Translations under genes and position numbers: made by a program
The notes under the pieces: generated by a model
The model's input: the letters and a program-made list of their open reading frames with translations, nothing else
Database searches by the model: none
Told to the model about the DNA's origin: nothing
In this document: positions 40,345-50,334 of the stretch, piece after piece
Layout of the letters: each line of letters opens with the position of its first letter
Numbering within the stretch: the first letter of the stretch is position 1
Assembly (NCBI GenBank): GCA_963700635.1
Contig: CAVOYH010000004.1
Coordinates: forward strand, 800,001 to 864,000
Length of the DNA: 64,000 nucleotides
Reading direction: 5' to 3'
DNA from: an uncultured Bacteroidota bacterium
GTDB lineage: Bacteria > Bacteroidota > Ignavibacteria > UBA10030 > UBA6906

Positions 40345-40821
40345 ATGCTAGACGAAATTGATCTGACACTCCTTCGTATCCTTCAGGAAGAGGGAAGAAC
40401 CCGCCGGAATGACCTGGCGGAGGCGGTTGGACTGTCGCTCCCGTCGGTCAGCGAGCGGCTCCGTAAACTGGAGGAGGCGCGTATCATCACCGGGTATCAT
40501 GCAACCGTGGACCACAAGCGGCTGGGCAATGATATCACTACGTTCATCATTGTGACCGTCGATTCTTCGCGGCACTACAATAATTTTCTGGAGCATGCCC
40601 GTGCACTGGATGAAATCATGGAATGCCATGCCATCACCGGTGACGGCACGCACCTCCTCAAGGTGCGGACCTGTAATACTGCTTCGCTTGAAAAACTCCT
40701 TGCGCGGATTCAAACCTGGACGGGAGTAGTCCGGACGCATACCCAGCTGGTACTCTCGACGTCAAAAGAGACCGCCCGAATAAAATTCTTTCTCCCCACA
40801 CCCACAACTACAAAAGGATAA
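40345..40821 (+). CDS. Lrp/AsnC family transcriptional regulator
   Basis: [33 protein letters not shown], and RAM domain ECHAITGD. Confidence 0.95.
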   Translation: MLDEIDLTLLRILQEEGRTRRNDLAEAVGLSLPSVSERLRKLEEARIITGYHATVDHKRLGNDITTFIIVTVDSSRHYNNFLEHARALDEIMECHAITGDGTHLLKVRTCNTASLEKLLARIQTWTGVVRTHTQLVLSTSKETARIKFFLPTPTTTKG

Positions 40822-40826
40822 GCTCC

Positions 40827-42260
40827 ATGGCAAAGGCAGCGGCGTCGAACGCCATCGGTCGTGTCTTCAAAACGATAAAAGATGAAAGCGTGACCATGAT
40901 CGACTTCAAGTTCATGGATTTTCCAGGGCAATGGCAGCACTTCTCGGTCCCGGTCGGGCAGCTCCAGGAGTCAAGTTTTGAAGATGGCTTTGGCTTTGAC
41001 GGGTCCAGCATCAGAGGATGGAAGGCCATCAACGAAAGTGACATGCTCTTGATCCCGGATGCCGAGACGGCTTTTATCGACCGGTTTATTGAAGAGAAGA
41101 CACTCAGTCTGATCTGTGATGTGTTTGATCCAATGACAAAAGAGAAGTACGAGCGATGCCCCCGGAATATCGCGCAAAAAGCCGAGGCGTTCCTGAAATC
41201 GACCGGCATTGCCGATGTCTGCTACTTCGGAGCGGAAGCCGAGTTTTTCATTTTTGATGACGTCCGTTTTGATACCAACGAACACAGCAGCTACCATTAC
41301 GTGGATTCCGTGGAGGGCCGCTGGAATTCCGGCCGGGAGGAAATGCCGAACCTGGGTTACAAGCCGCGTTATAAAGAAGGCTATTTCCCGGTTCCCCCCA
41401 CAGACCATCTGCAGGATCTGCGGAACGAAATGACAAAGAACTTGCTCGCGGTGGGACTGCCTGTCGAAGCCCAGCATCATGAAGTGGCCACTGCCGGACA
41501 ATCGGAGATTGACCTGCGGTTTGCACCACTCCTGAAGAGCGCTGACGACATGTTACTCTTCAAGTACATCATCAAGAACACCGCGCGGATGCGGGGGCGG
41601 ACGGTTACCTTCATGCCGAAACCCATCTTCGGCGACAACGGTTCAGGCATGCATGTCCACCAGAGCCTCTGGAAAGACGGCAAGCCGCTCTTCTACGGGA
41701 ACCGGTACGCAAACCTGAGCGAGATGGCGCTGCACTACATCGGGGGATTGCTGAAACATGCACCGGCGTTGTGTGCGATCACGAACCCCACAACAAATTC
41801 CTACAAAAGGCTCGTGCCGGGCTTTGAAGCGCCGGTAAACCTCGCCTATTCCCAGCGTAACCGGAGTGCATCGGTGCGAATCCCGATGTATTCGCCCAAT
41901 CCGAAGGCCAAACGCGTGGAGTTCCGGTGCCCCGATCCCGCCTGCAACCCGTACCTCGGGTTCTCCGCGCTGTTGCTGGCCGGGCTTGACGGGGTGATGA
42001 ACAAGATTGATCCGGGAGAACCGCTGGACAAGGACATCTATGACATGGAGCCGGAGGAGCTGAAGAACGTGCCTTCAACCCCGGGATCCCTGGAGGAAGC
42101 CCTCCATGCGCTCGAACGGGATCATGACTTTCTCCTGCGCGGCGATGTGTTCACCGAAGACGTGATCCAGGCGTGGATCGGGTACAAGATGGACAAAGAG
42201 GTCAAACCCATGGCCTTGCGTCCGCACCCGTACGAATTCGGACTCTACTACGACGTCTGA
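40827..42260 (+). CDS. glnA: glutamine synthetase type I (GSI-beta-like)
   Basis: Motifs [45 protein letters not shown] and NRSA; adenylylation-site-like DKDIYD. Confidence 0.98.
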   Translation: MAKAAASNAIGRVFKTIKDESVTMIDFKFMDFPGQWQHFSVPVGQLQESSFEDGFGFDGSSIRGWKAINESDMLLIPDAETAFIDRFIEEKTLSLICDVFDPMTKEKYERCPRNIAQKAEAFLKSTGIADVCYFGAEAEFFIFDDVRFDTNEHSSYHYVDSVEGRWNSGREEMPNLGYKPRYKEGYFPVPPTDHLQDLRNEMTKNLLAVGLPVEAQHHEVATAGQSEIDLRFAPLLKSADDMLLFKYIIKNTARMRGRTVTFMPKPIFGDNGSGMHVHQSLWKDGKPLFYGNRYANLSEMALHYIGGLLKHAPALCAITNPTTNSYKRLVPGFEAPVNLAYSQRNRSASVRIPMYSPNPKAKRVEFRCPDPACNPYLGFSALLLAGLDGVMNKIDPGEPLDKDIYDMEPEELKNVPSTPGSLEEALHALERDHDFLLRGDVFTEDVIQAWIGYKMDKEVKPMALRPHPYEFGLYYDV

Positions 42261-42282
42261 TCCCCGCGAGGGGCAGTCAGGT

Positions 42283-42325
42283 CGGGTGCCCGCGCGCTAT
42301 CGGCGGGCGCCCGTCCCTTGTTTTT
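42283..42325 (+). terminator. intrinsic terminator after glnA
   Basis: Stem CGGGTGCCCGC / GCGGGCGCCCG followed by CTTGTTTTT. Confidence 0.6.
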
Positions 42326-42346
42326 CCCGCATAATCTCGCTATGTT
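42318..42346 (+). promoter_or_regulatory. promoter 6 nt upstream of hydratase ATG (leaderless candidate)
   Basis: TTGTTT-N17-TATGTT-N6-ATG. Confidence 0.5.
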
Positions 42347-42352
42347 CGCTGT

Positions 42353-43135
42353 ATGGACTTCCGTTTGATCCGCTATGCTGCCGGGGAGCGGGTGGCGCGT
42401 ATCACCCTCAACCGGCCCGAAAAACGTAACGCACTCGACGATGTTATGGTGGGGGAACTTACTTCCGCCTTTCTCGCTGCCGCACGTGATCCTGCCATAA
42501 AGGTCATTGTGCTCGCCGGGGCGGGTCCGGCCTTCTGCTCAGGAGCCGATCTTGTCCAGCTTGAACGGATGAGCACGTACGACCTGGAACAGAACCGCGC
42601 TGATTCCCTCCGCCTGGCCACATTGTTCAAGACGATGTATGAGGTAAGAAAGCCGGTGATCGGACTGGTACACGGACCCGCACTGGCCGGGGGGTGCGGG
42701 CTGGCTTCCCTGTGCGACTTTGTCCTGGCCGCGCGTGAACGGGCCCGCTTCGGTTACACCGAAGTGCATATCGGTTTTGTCCCCGCTATCGTCTCCGTCT
42801 ACCTTGCAAAACGTATTGGTGAAGGACGCGCCCGTGAGCTGATCCTGCGCGGAAATGTGCTCAGAGCGAAAGAAGCGGAAGAGATCGGACTAATCACCGC
42901 TGCGGTTCCCGATGACGAACTGGAACGTCGCGGGGCGGCACTGGTCCAGGAACTCATAACGGAGAACAGCGCAACGGCGATGGCGATGGCCAAAGAGATG
43001 CTGGGGAGAATGAACGGCATGAGCGTGCCGGATGCCATGGATTTTGCGGTGAACATGAATGCAGCGGCGCGTATGACGGCCGATTGTAAAAAAGGCGTGT
43101 TGGCGTTTTTGAACAAGCAAAAACCCGATTGGTGA
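42353..43135 (+). CDS. enoyl-CoA hydratase/isomerase family (methylglutaconyl-CoA hydratase-like)
   Basis: Motifs ITLNRPEKRNAL, AFCSGADL, ALAGGCGL and FGYTEV-IGFVPA. Confidence 0.9.
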   Translation: MDFRLIRYAAGERVARITLNRPEKRNALDDVMVGELTSAFLAAARDPAIKVIVLAGAGPAFCSGADLVQLERMSTYDLEQNRADSLRLATLFKTMYEVRKPVIGLVHGPALAGGCGLASLCDFVLAARERARFGYTEVHIGFVPAIVSVYLAKRIGEGRARELILRGNVLRAKEAEEIGLITAAVPDDELERRGAALVQELITENSATAMAMAKEMLGRMNGMSVPDAMDFAVNMNAAARMTADCKKGVLAFLNKQKPDW

Positions 43136-43139
43136 CCGT

Positions 43140-43667
43140 ATGCATGAGGACCTTCTCCAGACCATCCGGAGTGTTCCCGATTTTCCCAAACAGGGGATTG
43201 TCTTCCGGGACATTACCACGCTGCTCAAAGATCCCGGTGCATTCACCCGGGCCGCCGATATCATGATCGCCCGGTACAAGGATGCCCGGGTTGACAAGGT
43301 GGTGAGCGTGGAATCGCGCGGATACATCTTCGGCTCTGTGCTCGCGTACCGCCTGAAGGCGGGTTTTGTCCCGGTGCGGAAACCCGGGAAACTTCCTGCA
43401 GAGACAATCCGTGAAGAATACCAGCTCGAATATGGCAGCGACGCGGTGGAGATACACACCGATGCTCTGCGCAAAGGGGAACGGGTTCTGGTCCATGACG
43501 ATCTGCTCGCCACCGGCGGCACGATCGAGGCCACGTGCAAACTTGTCCGGCGGCTCGGAGGCGAAATTGTGGGCGTTTCATTTCTCATCGAATTGAGTTT
43601 CCTGAAGGGCAGGGATCGGTTACAGGAATACGATGTGTCCTCCGTACTCGCCTACGACCGCGAATAG
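43140..43667 (+). CDS. apt: adenine phosphoribosyltransferase
   Basis: Motifs PDFPKQGIVFRDITTLL, ESRGY, RKPGKLP, YQLEYG and DDLLATGGT. Confidence 0.98.
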   Translation: MHEDLLQTIRSVPDFPKQGIVFRDITTLLKDPGAFTRAADIMIARYKDARVDKVVSVESRGYIFGSVLAYRLKAGFVPVRKPGKLPAETIREEYQLEYGSDAVEIHTDALRKGERVLVHDDLLATGGTIEATCKLVRRLGGEIVGVSFLIELSFLKGRDRLQEYDVSSVLAYDRE

Positions 43668-43690
43668 GTGGCGGACATAGGCAGGTGCGC

Positions 43691-43721
43691 GCGCCCGTGA
43701 CGGTTCGGGCGCCTTTTTTTT
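43691..43721 (+). terminator. intrinsic terminator after apt
   Basis: GCGCCCG-loop-CGGGCGC followed by a T8 run. Confidence 0.8.
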
Positions 43722-43722
43722 G

Positions 43723-43788
43723 TTGCATTTGAGTCAGAATGGTGATATGTTTGAACGCCCCGTCACAGACTGACCGAAAAGTCATTCT
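43723..43788 (+). promoter_or_regulatory. promoter and probable TetR operator
   Basis: TTGCAT-N17-TATGTT(TG); imperfect inverted repeat AGACTGAC-cgaaaa-GTCATTCT at 43767-43788. Confidence 0.55.
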
Positions 43789-43819
43789 ATGGAATCGACG
43801 GTCATACCATCGCAACTCT

Positions 43820-44467
43820 ATGCCACCACCCAAACGGAAACAGAGCGTCCGCCGCCAGCGCCATCTCCGGGAACATCTCGCGCGGCGCGAAGACATCCTC
43901 ACCGCAGCCCGTAAGGTGTTCGCCCGACAGGGATACGGCAACGCAACGATGGATGCCATTGCGGCGCAGGCCGACTTCGGGAAGGGCACGGTCTATAATT
44001 ATTTCCGCAACAAAGCCGATCTTTTTACGCATGTTGTGCTTTCGCTGCTGGATGAATACGGCCGGACCCTGCAGCAGGCGATCCGTGAGGCCGGCGGGAC
44101 AAGGGCCGTTTTCGAGCGGTTTGCCAAAGAAGCGATCCTTCACTATCAGAAGAATGAAGATGTCACCCGCATCATTGTCAGAGAGATGAACAGGTTCACC
44201 GGGGAACAGGGTGATGCCGCATCCCGTGCCGTGTTTACGAAAATGGAGCACTCAGCCGGGCAGCTGGCCGGAGTGTTCACGGACGACAGTACATTCCGCG
44301 CGCTCTCCGGCGAAGAACAGGTGGAACTCGCCAGAGTCTTTCTTTCTCTTCTCCACGCCCGCACCATGCGGTTCATCATGCATGGACGGGGGATTCAACA
44401 CCTGGATGCCGCACGTGAGGCGGCATTCATCACCCGGTTGTTTTTTGACGGAGCAAACGCTTCCTAA
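43820..44467 (+). CDS. TetR/AcrR family regulator
   Basis: HTH region ILTAARKVFARQGY...TMDAIAAQADFGKGTVYNYFRNKADL. Confidence 0.93.
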   Translation: MPPPKRKQSVRRQRHLREHLARREDILTAARKVFARQGYGNATMDAIAAQADFGKGTVYNYFRNKADLFTHVVLSLLDEYGRTLQQAIREAGGTRAVFERFAKEAILHYQKNEDVTRIIVREMNRFTGEQGDAASRAVFTKMEHSAGQLAGVFTDDSTFRALSGEEQVELARVFLSLLHARTMRFIMHGRGIQHLDAAREAAFITRLFFDGANAS

Positions 44468-44483
44468 TATGGGCACCATTTCT

Positions 44484-45851
44484 ATGAAGCCGACATTTCT
44501 CCTCGTCTGTATTTTCCTCCTGTTCCATTCTGCCGGCGCGCAGACAGACACGCTTACCAATCGTCTGACGGTGGAAGATGCGGTGCGCGCGGCATTGATG
44601 AACAACCATGATCTTGTGGCTGCCAGGCTGGACGTTGAACGCGCAGACGCACGTGTGCAAGAAGCGTGGGGCACCGCACTCCCGAAGGTGGATCTGAAAG
44701 CCAACTATACGCGCACCCTCAAGAAACCGGTCTTCTTTCTTCCGGACTTCCTGAATCCGGGGAGCGGCAAGATCAGCGCCATCGAAATCGGATCCACTCA
44801 CGCGCTGGACATGAGTCTGCGGGCGGATCAGGTGCTGTTTAACTCGGCCGTTTTCATCGGAGTCGGCAGCGCACGGATTTATGCACGGGCGGCTCATGAA
44901 GTGTACCGTGCCAAAGAGGTGGAGGTTGTTGCCAATGCCCGAAAGGCCTTTTACGGTGTGCTGCTCTCCCACGACGCACTGTTGATGATGCAGGCGAATC
45001 TCAAAAACGCTGAAGAGAATCTGGGCAACGTGCGCCTGCTCGCCGCACAAGGGCTCGTGTCGGAGTACGATCTGCTGCGGGCCGAAGTCGCGCTGGCAAA
45101 CCTCCGGCCTGAAATTATCAGATCGGAAAATTCGTACCGGCAGGCCCTGAACGGGCTCAAGATCATGCTTGGCGTTCCCTATCTGACTGCTGTCAGGATT
45201 CAGGGTACCCTGGATCTGCAGCCCGTCGATGAAGATCTCCTGCGTGAGGCCACGGCCACTGTCCTGGAATCAAATCCCTCACTTGGCGCGCTACGCCATC
45301 AGGCGGATGTACATGACGCTATCGTCGCCGTTGAACGATCCGGCTACCTGCCCACTCTCTCTGCTTTTGGGACGTATGCCTATACATCCCAAAACAATCA
45401 GTTCAAATTCGCCCTCCCCGACTTTATCACGAGCTCTACGATCGGACTGTCGCTATCTATGAATATTTTTAACGGGCTCCAGACCAACGCCCGCGTGGAA
45501 CAGGCGCAGCTTGAGTCCAGAAAAACCCGGGAGTCCATTCTGGGACTCGAAAACACGCTTCAAACTTCGGTCGAATCTATTGTCCTGCAGATTCACAGGG
45601 CACGCCAACGGGTGGAAGCTCAGGCCAGGACAGTGGAGCAGGCTGAGAAGGGTTACCGCATTGCGACAACCCGGTACAAAAACGGAGCCGGCACACTGCT
45701 CGAAGTGAACGACGCCCAGCTTGCCCTGACACAGGCAAAGGTCAACCGGATGCAGGCTCTCTATGACCATCTTGTTGCCTCGGCTGATCTGGACCAGGCT
45801 CTGGGAAGGGTGCCCGCCGGGCTCACGCAGTCGGAACATGAACATGATTGA
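44484..45851 (+). CDS. TolC family outer membrane efflux protein
   Basis: Signal peptide; DAVRAALMNN, SGYLPTLS and RYKNGAGTLLEVNDAQ. Confidence 0.93.
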   Translation: MKPTFLLVCIFLLFHSAGAQTDTLTNRLTVEDAVRAALMNNHDLVAARLDVERADARVQEAWGTALPKVDLKANYTRTLKKPVFFLPDFLNPGSGKISAIEIGSTHALDMSLRADQVLFNSAVFIGVGSARIYARAAHEVYRAKEVEVVANARKAFYGVLLSHDALLMMQANLKNAEENLGNVRLLAAQGLVSEYDLLRAEVALANLRPEIIRSENSYRQALNGLKIMLGVPYLTAVRIQGTLDLQPVDEDLLREATATVLESNPSLGALRHQADVHDAIVAVERSGYLPTLSAFGTYAYTSQNNQFKFALPDFITSSTIGLSLSMNIFNGLQTNARVEQAQLESRKTRESILGLENTLQTSVESIVLQIHRARQRVEAQARTVEQAEKGYRIATTRYKNGAGTLLEVNDAQLALTQAKVNRMQALYDHLVASADLDQALGRVPAGLTQSEHEHD

Positions 45852-45878
45852 ACGTATCCTAATGAGGACTGTACTTCC

Positions 45879-46931
45879 ATGAGAACTCTCCATCACGCTC
45901 TTTTTTTTCTTCCAATACTCCTTTGTATCGTCTGGGCAGGGTGCAGCAAGACTCCGGACACGCCGCCAGCGGAAACTGCCTCATCCTCCCCTGCGACGCT
46001 GGTGCGCGTTCAGGAAATCCGGCTGGAGCCCTTCGCTGAACTGTTGTCCATCGCAGGCGTTGTAAAAGCCCTCGACGATGTTTTGCTCAGCGCGGAAGAG
46101 GCGGGAGTCCTGAAGGAATGGAAGGCCGCGAAAGGGCAGTATGTCAGGAAGGGCGCCATTATCGCCCTGCTGAATGACGACGTGCTCCGCCCTTCCTTCC
46201 TTGCGGCGGAAGCTCAGTACAAGAATGCCGAAATGAACTACCAGAAACAGGCGAATGTCTACGCCGAGCAGGGCATCAGCGAGTTGCAATTCAAGTCGGC
46301 GGAATATGCCCGGGATGCGGCAAAGGCACAGGCCGACCTTGCCCGTGCGCGGTGGGAACGCACCCGGGTGAAAAGCCCGGTGGACGGCATCCTGGATGAT
46401 CACCTCGTGGATGAAGGGGAGATGACCTCTCCCGGCGCTCCGGTCGCCCGCATCGTCAATATCGACCGGGTCCGGATTCAGGTAAATGTCCCGGAACGGT
46501 ACGCCAGCACACTGAGGACTGGCGCCATGCTTCAGCTCAGCGTGCTCGCGTATCCAGACGAAACATTCAGGGGAAAAATCACGCACGTGGGCGCGACGGT
46601 GTCTGCGGACAACCGGACCATCGTCGTGGAGAGTATTATCACCAACCCCCGGAGGAAGCTAAAACCGGAGATGATTGCAAAATCTGAGATCGCCCGCTCA
46701 CAGGCGCGGGATGTGATTCTTGTCCGGGAGAATCTGGTGCAACAGATGGACCAGGGACTGTACGTCCTGTTTATCGAGCAGAACGGGAAGGCCATACAAC
46801 GAAAAGTCACCCTGGGCGCGCATATTGACGGGCGTGTCGAGGTGTCTTCTGGTCTTGCGGTGGGGGACCGGTTGATCATCAGCGGGTTCGAACAGATTGC
46901 CGACGGTCAACCAGTGACCGTTACACAGTAG
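45879..46931 (+). CDS. RND efflux periplasmic adaptor (MFP), lipoprotein
   Basis: Lipobox WAGC; VKSPVDG, LKPEMIA, GLAVGDRLIISG and DGQPV. Confidence 0.93.
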   Translation: MRTLHHALFFLPILLCIVWAGCSKTPDTPPAETASSSPATLVRVQEIRLEPFAELLSIAGVVKALDDVLLSAEEAGVLKEWKAAKGQYVRKGAIIALLNDDVLRPSFLAAEAQYKNAEMNYQKQANVYAEQGISELQFKSAEYARDAAKAQADLARARWERTRVKSPVDGILDDHLVDEGEMTSPGAPVARIVNIDRVRIQVNVPERYASTLRTGAMLQLSVLAYPDETFRGKITHVGATVSADNRTIVVESIITNPRRKLKPEMIAKSEIARSQARDVILVRENLVQQMDQGLYVLFIEQNGKAIQRKVTLGAHIDGRVEVSSGLAVGDRLIISGFEQIADGQPVTVTQ

Positions 46932-46945
46932 GTCCGGAGTATACC

Positions 46946-49900
46946 ATGCGCCTTGCCAATATGGCCGTTGATAACAAAGTAGCCGTCTACATCCTCATGC
47001 TCATCATCTTCGTGCTCGGCTGGAGCTCCTATTCAGGATTGCCCCGGGAAGCCGCGCCGGACGTGAGTATCCCGCTGGTCATTGTCTCGACTCCGTATAT
47101 CGGCGTCTCGCCGGCCGATATCGAAGGACTTGTGACGCAGCCTCTCGAACGGAACCTGAAATCACTCAAAGACATCAAGCAGATCACCTCAGCCTCCAAG
47201 GAAGGACTCTCCACGATCCGTGTGGAGTTCACCGTCGGTGTGGACACCGATGACGCGCTTCGCCGGGTGCGGGATGAGGTGAATTCCACGCGCCCGGAAT
47301 TGCCGGCCGATATCCTTGACCCGATTATCTCGGAGATCAATTTTAGCGAATTCCCGATTATGTACGTAAACGTGCAGGGATCGATCGGGATTGCGCGGCT
47401 GAAGTCCATCGCAGAAGATCTGCAGGATGAATTCGAATCCATCCCGGGTGTGCTCAGGGCGGACATCTCGGGCGGTCTCCAACCCGAGGTGCAGGTAAAC
47501 TGTGACGTGAATCTTCTGAATGGCTACAAAGTGTCGTTTGATGACGTTGCGAATGCCATCCGGTCGGAAAACGTCACCATACCCGGCGGTGTGCTGGATG
47601 ACAAGTTCACGGCAACCTCTCTCCGGGTACCCGGAGAGTACAAAAGAGTCCGGCCGCTGGAAGATATTATCATCCGGTTGCAGAACGGTCTGCCCATCTA
47701 CGTCCGGGATGTCGCAACGGTGGAGTATGCCTTCGAGGACCGGAAGACGTATGCCCGGTTGAACGGCGAAGAAGTGGTCACGCTCGCGGTTCGGAAACGT
47801 GCGGGGGAAAATCTTGTGCGAATTGCAGAGGAAGTCAAAACGCTCACCGCCAACGCCAGAGCGCGCCTCCCGGAAGGGGTCTCACTGGTAGTCTCCAACG
47901 ATCAGTCGATCTTTATCAGCCGGAGCGTCCATGAACTGGAAAACAGCATCATGACCGGCATGGTGCTCGTCGTGCTTGTGTTGTTTATGTTCTTCGGATT
48001 CAAGAATTCCCTGCTTATCTCGACGGCGATTCCACTTTCCATGTTTATCGGCTTCATCATTCTTTCCCTTTCCGGGATCACGCTGAATTTTGTGGTGTTG
48101 TTCGGACTTGTGCTGGTCCTGGGTATCGTTGTGGACGACGCCATTGTGATCATCGAAAACATCTACCGTCACCAGCAGATCTACGACAAACCGCCTGACA
48201 TAGCGGCAAAGGACGGGGTTGCAGAAGTTGCCGTGCCGGTGGCCACCTCGACCATTACGACCCTTGCGGCCTTTGTCCCGCTGCTGTTCTGGCCGGGCGT
48301 GGTGGGGGATTTTATGAAGTATCTCCCCCTCACCCTTATTTTTACAATGGGTGCCTCGCTGTTCGTCGCCTATGTGATCAGCCCGGTCCAGGGCGCGCGA
48401 TGGATCAACTACCGGAGGGAGATCCGCAAGGCGAAGGAAAATCTCGCGCATCCCCACTGGTACAAAAAGTACAATCCGTTCACGATTGTCTATCACAAAG
48501 TGGACGAGCAGTTTTTCCCCTGGTCAATCACACACTACACGAGGACATTACGCTGGACCCTGCGACACAAGGGGAAGACCATGATTCTGGCCATGAGTTT
48601 TCTGATCGTGGTGATGATCCTGTTCGGGATCTTTAATCAGGGTATTGTCTTTTTTCCTGAAACACAGCCCAATCTGATCAATGTGAGCATCGAGATGCCA
48701 CCGGGTACGGCCCTCGAGCGGACCGATCAGACCGGCAAGCTGGTGGAGGAACAGTTGCGCGGGGTGGGCGGACACAGGGACATGGAGTTCGTGGTTTCGA
48801 GTATCGGTACATCCGATGATCCTTTTGATTTCGGCGGTCAGGGCACGTCGAACAAAGGCAGGATCGCTATCACGTTTTACCGGAAGGCGGATCGGAGCCA
48901 GAGCAGTTTTGTGACACTCCAGGAGGTGCGTGAACAGGCGAAACAGATCCGGGGAGGCAACCTGAAAGTCACAAAACAGCAGATGGGGCCTCCGGTGGGC
49001 GCGCCGGTGAGCGTTGAGATCGTGGGAGAGGACTACGCGCAGCTTGCGGCGTTAAGCGCGCAGATCCAGGGCCGTATCCGTTCGATACCGGGTCTGGTTG
49101 ACCTGAAAGATAACTTTAACACAGGCAAACCGGAAATAGAAGTGGACGTCGACCGGGAGAAAGCAGCGCTCTTCTGGATGACCACCTCCCAGATCGCATC
49201 AACCGTGCGGGCGGCGGTGAATGGCGTTGAGGCTTCAAAATTCAGGGTTGGTGAGGATGAATACAAGATCCGGGTGCGCCTTCGCGAAGATCAACGGCGT
49301 TCCATCAACGACCTGTCGAACCTGCACGTAACGTTTATGAACAAAAGGGGCAAACTTCTGAGCGTACCGATTGTCGCGGTGGCCTCGGTCCGGAACACGA
49401 CGTCTGTCGCGGATATCCAGCGTAAAGACCAAAAACGTGTGATCACGATCACCGGCGAAGTGCAGGACCGCAACGCATCGGAGGTGTTGCAGGAGGTAAA
49501 GACAACACTTGCGGCCACACAACTACCGGCGGGCTACAGCATCCGGTACACCGGCCAGGATGAGGAACAGGCCAAGGCCTCGGCTTTTCTCGCTACCGCA
49601 TTTATCGTGACGCTCTTGCTGGTGTTTATGGTGCTGGTGAGCGAATTTAATTCGGTCCTTGTCCCGTTTGTGATCATGGGCTCGGTCTTTCTCTCTCTGA
49701 TCGGCGTCTTTATCGGTTTGCTTGTGACGCTCACACCATTCAGCGTGATCATGACCGGGGTGGGCGTGATTGCGCTGGCCGGCATCGTCGTGAAGAATGC
49801 GATCGTGCTGCTGGATTTTATGAAACAGCTGCGGGAGGAAGGAATGTCGCTGGAGGAGGCGCTCGTCGAGGCCGGCCGGACCAGGCTCCGGCCGGTGGTG

Positions 49901-50170
49901 CTGACGGCCTGTACGACCGTGCTCGGGATCATCCCGCTTGCAACAGGAATAGATTTTGACTGGCGTTCATTCCAGCCGGTGTTCGGTGCGGAGAGCGCTG
50001 ATTTCTGGCGCCCTCTGGGTGTGGCCATCATCTTCGGGCTTACCGTGTCCACGTTCCTGACGCTTGTTATCGTTCCGACGTTCTATGCGTTGCTGGAGGA
50101 ATGGACACTAAAGTCAAAAATGTTTGTGAAGAAATTGCTCCGGCTGGATACGGAGGAGCAAGCGGCCTGA
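46946..50170 (+). CDS. RND efflux permease (AcrB/AcrD/AcrF family)
   Basis: 1074 aa; motifs GIVVDDAIVIIENI, GIVVKNAIVLLD, RLRPVVLT and W-PL-VAIIFGL. Confidence 0.97.
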   Translation: MRLANMAVDNKVAVYILMLIIFVLGWSSYSGLPREAAPDVSIPLVIVSTPYIGVSPADIEGLVTQPLERNLKSLKDIKQITSASKEGLSTIRVEFTVGVDTDDALRRVRDEVNSTRPELPADILDPIISEINFSEFPIMYVNVQGSIGIARLKSIAEDLQDEFESIPGVLRADISGGLQPEVQVNCDVNLLNGYKVSFDDVANAIRSENVTIPGGVLDDKFTATSLRVPGEYKRVRPLEDIIIRLQNGLPIYVRDVATVEYAFEDRKTYARLNGEEVVTLAVRKRAGENLVRIAEEVKTLTANARARLPEGVSLVVSNDQSIFISRSVHELENSIMTGMVLVVLVLFMFFGFKNSLLISTAIPLSMFIGFIILSLSGITLNFVVLFGLVLVLGIVVDDAIVIIENIYRHQQIYDKPPDIAAKDGVAEVAVPVATSTITTLAAFVPLLFWPGVVGDFMKYLPLTLIFTMGASLFVAYVISPVQGARWINYRREIRKAKENLAHPHWYKKYNPFTIVYHKVDEQFFPWSITHYTRTLRWTLRHKGKTMILAMSFLIVVMILFGIFNQGIVFFPETQPNLINVSIEMPPGTALERTDQTGKLVEEQLRGVGGHRDMEFVVSSIGTSDDPFDFGGQGTSNKGRIAITFYRKADRSQSSFVTLQEVREQAKQIRGGNLKVTKQQMGPPVGAPVSVEIVGEDYAQLAALSAQIQGRIRSIPGLVDLKDNFNTGKPEIEVDVDREKAALFWMTTSQIASTVRAAVNGVEASKFRVGEDEYKIRVRLREDQRRSINDLSNLHVTFMNKRGKLLSVPIVAVASVRNTTSVADIQRKDQKRVITITGEVQDRNASEVLQEVKTTLAATQLPAGYSIRYTGQDEEQAKASAFLATAFIVTLLLVFMVLVSEFNSVLVPFVIMGSVFLSLIGVFIGLLVTLTPFSVIMTGVGVIALAGIVVKNAIVLLDFMKQLREEGMSLEEALVEAGRTRLRPVVLTACTTVLGIIPLATGIDFDWRSFQPVFGAESADFWRPLGVAIIFGLTVSTFLTLVIVPTFYALLEEWTLKSKMFVKKLLRLDTEEQAA

Positions 50171-50220
50171 CGATCAGTGCGGACAACAGGGCGTGAGGGG
50201 GGGTGTGATCAAGCGGGCAT

Positions 50221-50334
50221 GATGAAGGGTGTGGTCAGGAGTGTATGCTCGATGATGGTGGGGTCAGTAGGGCCTGATGGATGACGCGGTCCGTAGTGCC
50301 TGATCGACGAAGGTGCGGTCAGGATTGCCTGATG
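50221..50334. repeat. degenerate tandem repeat, four units of 26-30 bp
   Basis: Units start at 50221, 50251, 50280 and 50306 and share GA(T/C)GA..GGTC(A/C)G..GCCTGAT. Confidence 0.6.

Noticed and set aside
50221-50334. Degenerate repeats considered as a mini-CRISPR or attC array
   Set aside because: The intervening sequences are only ~9-12 nt and resemble each other; there are no cas genes or integron integrase.
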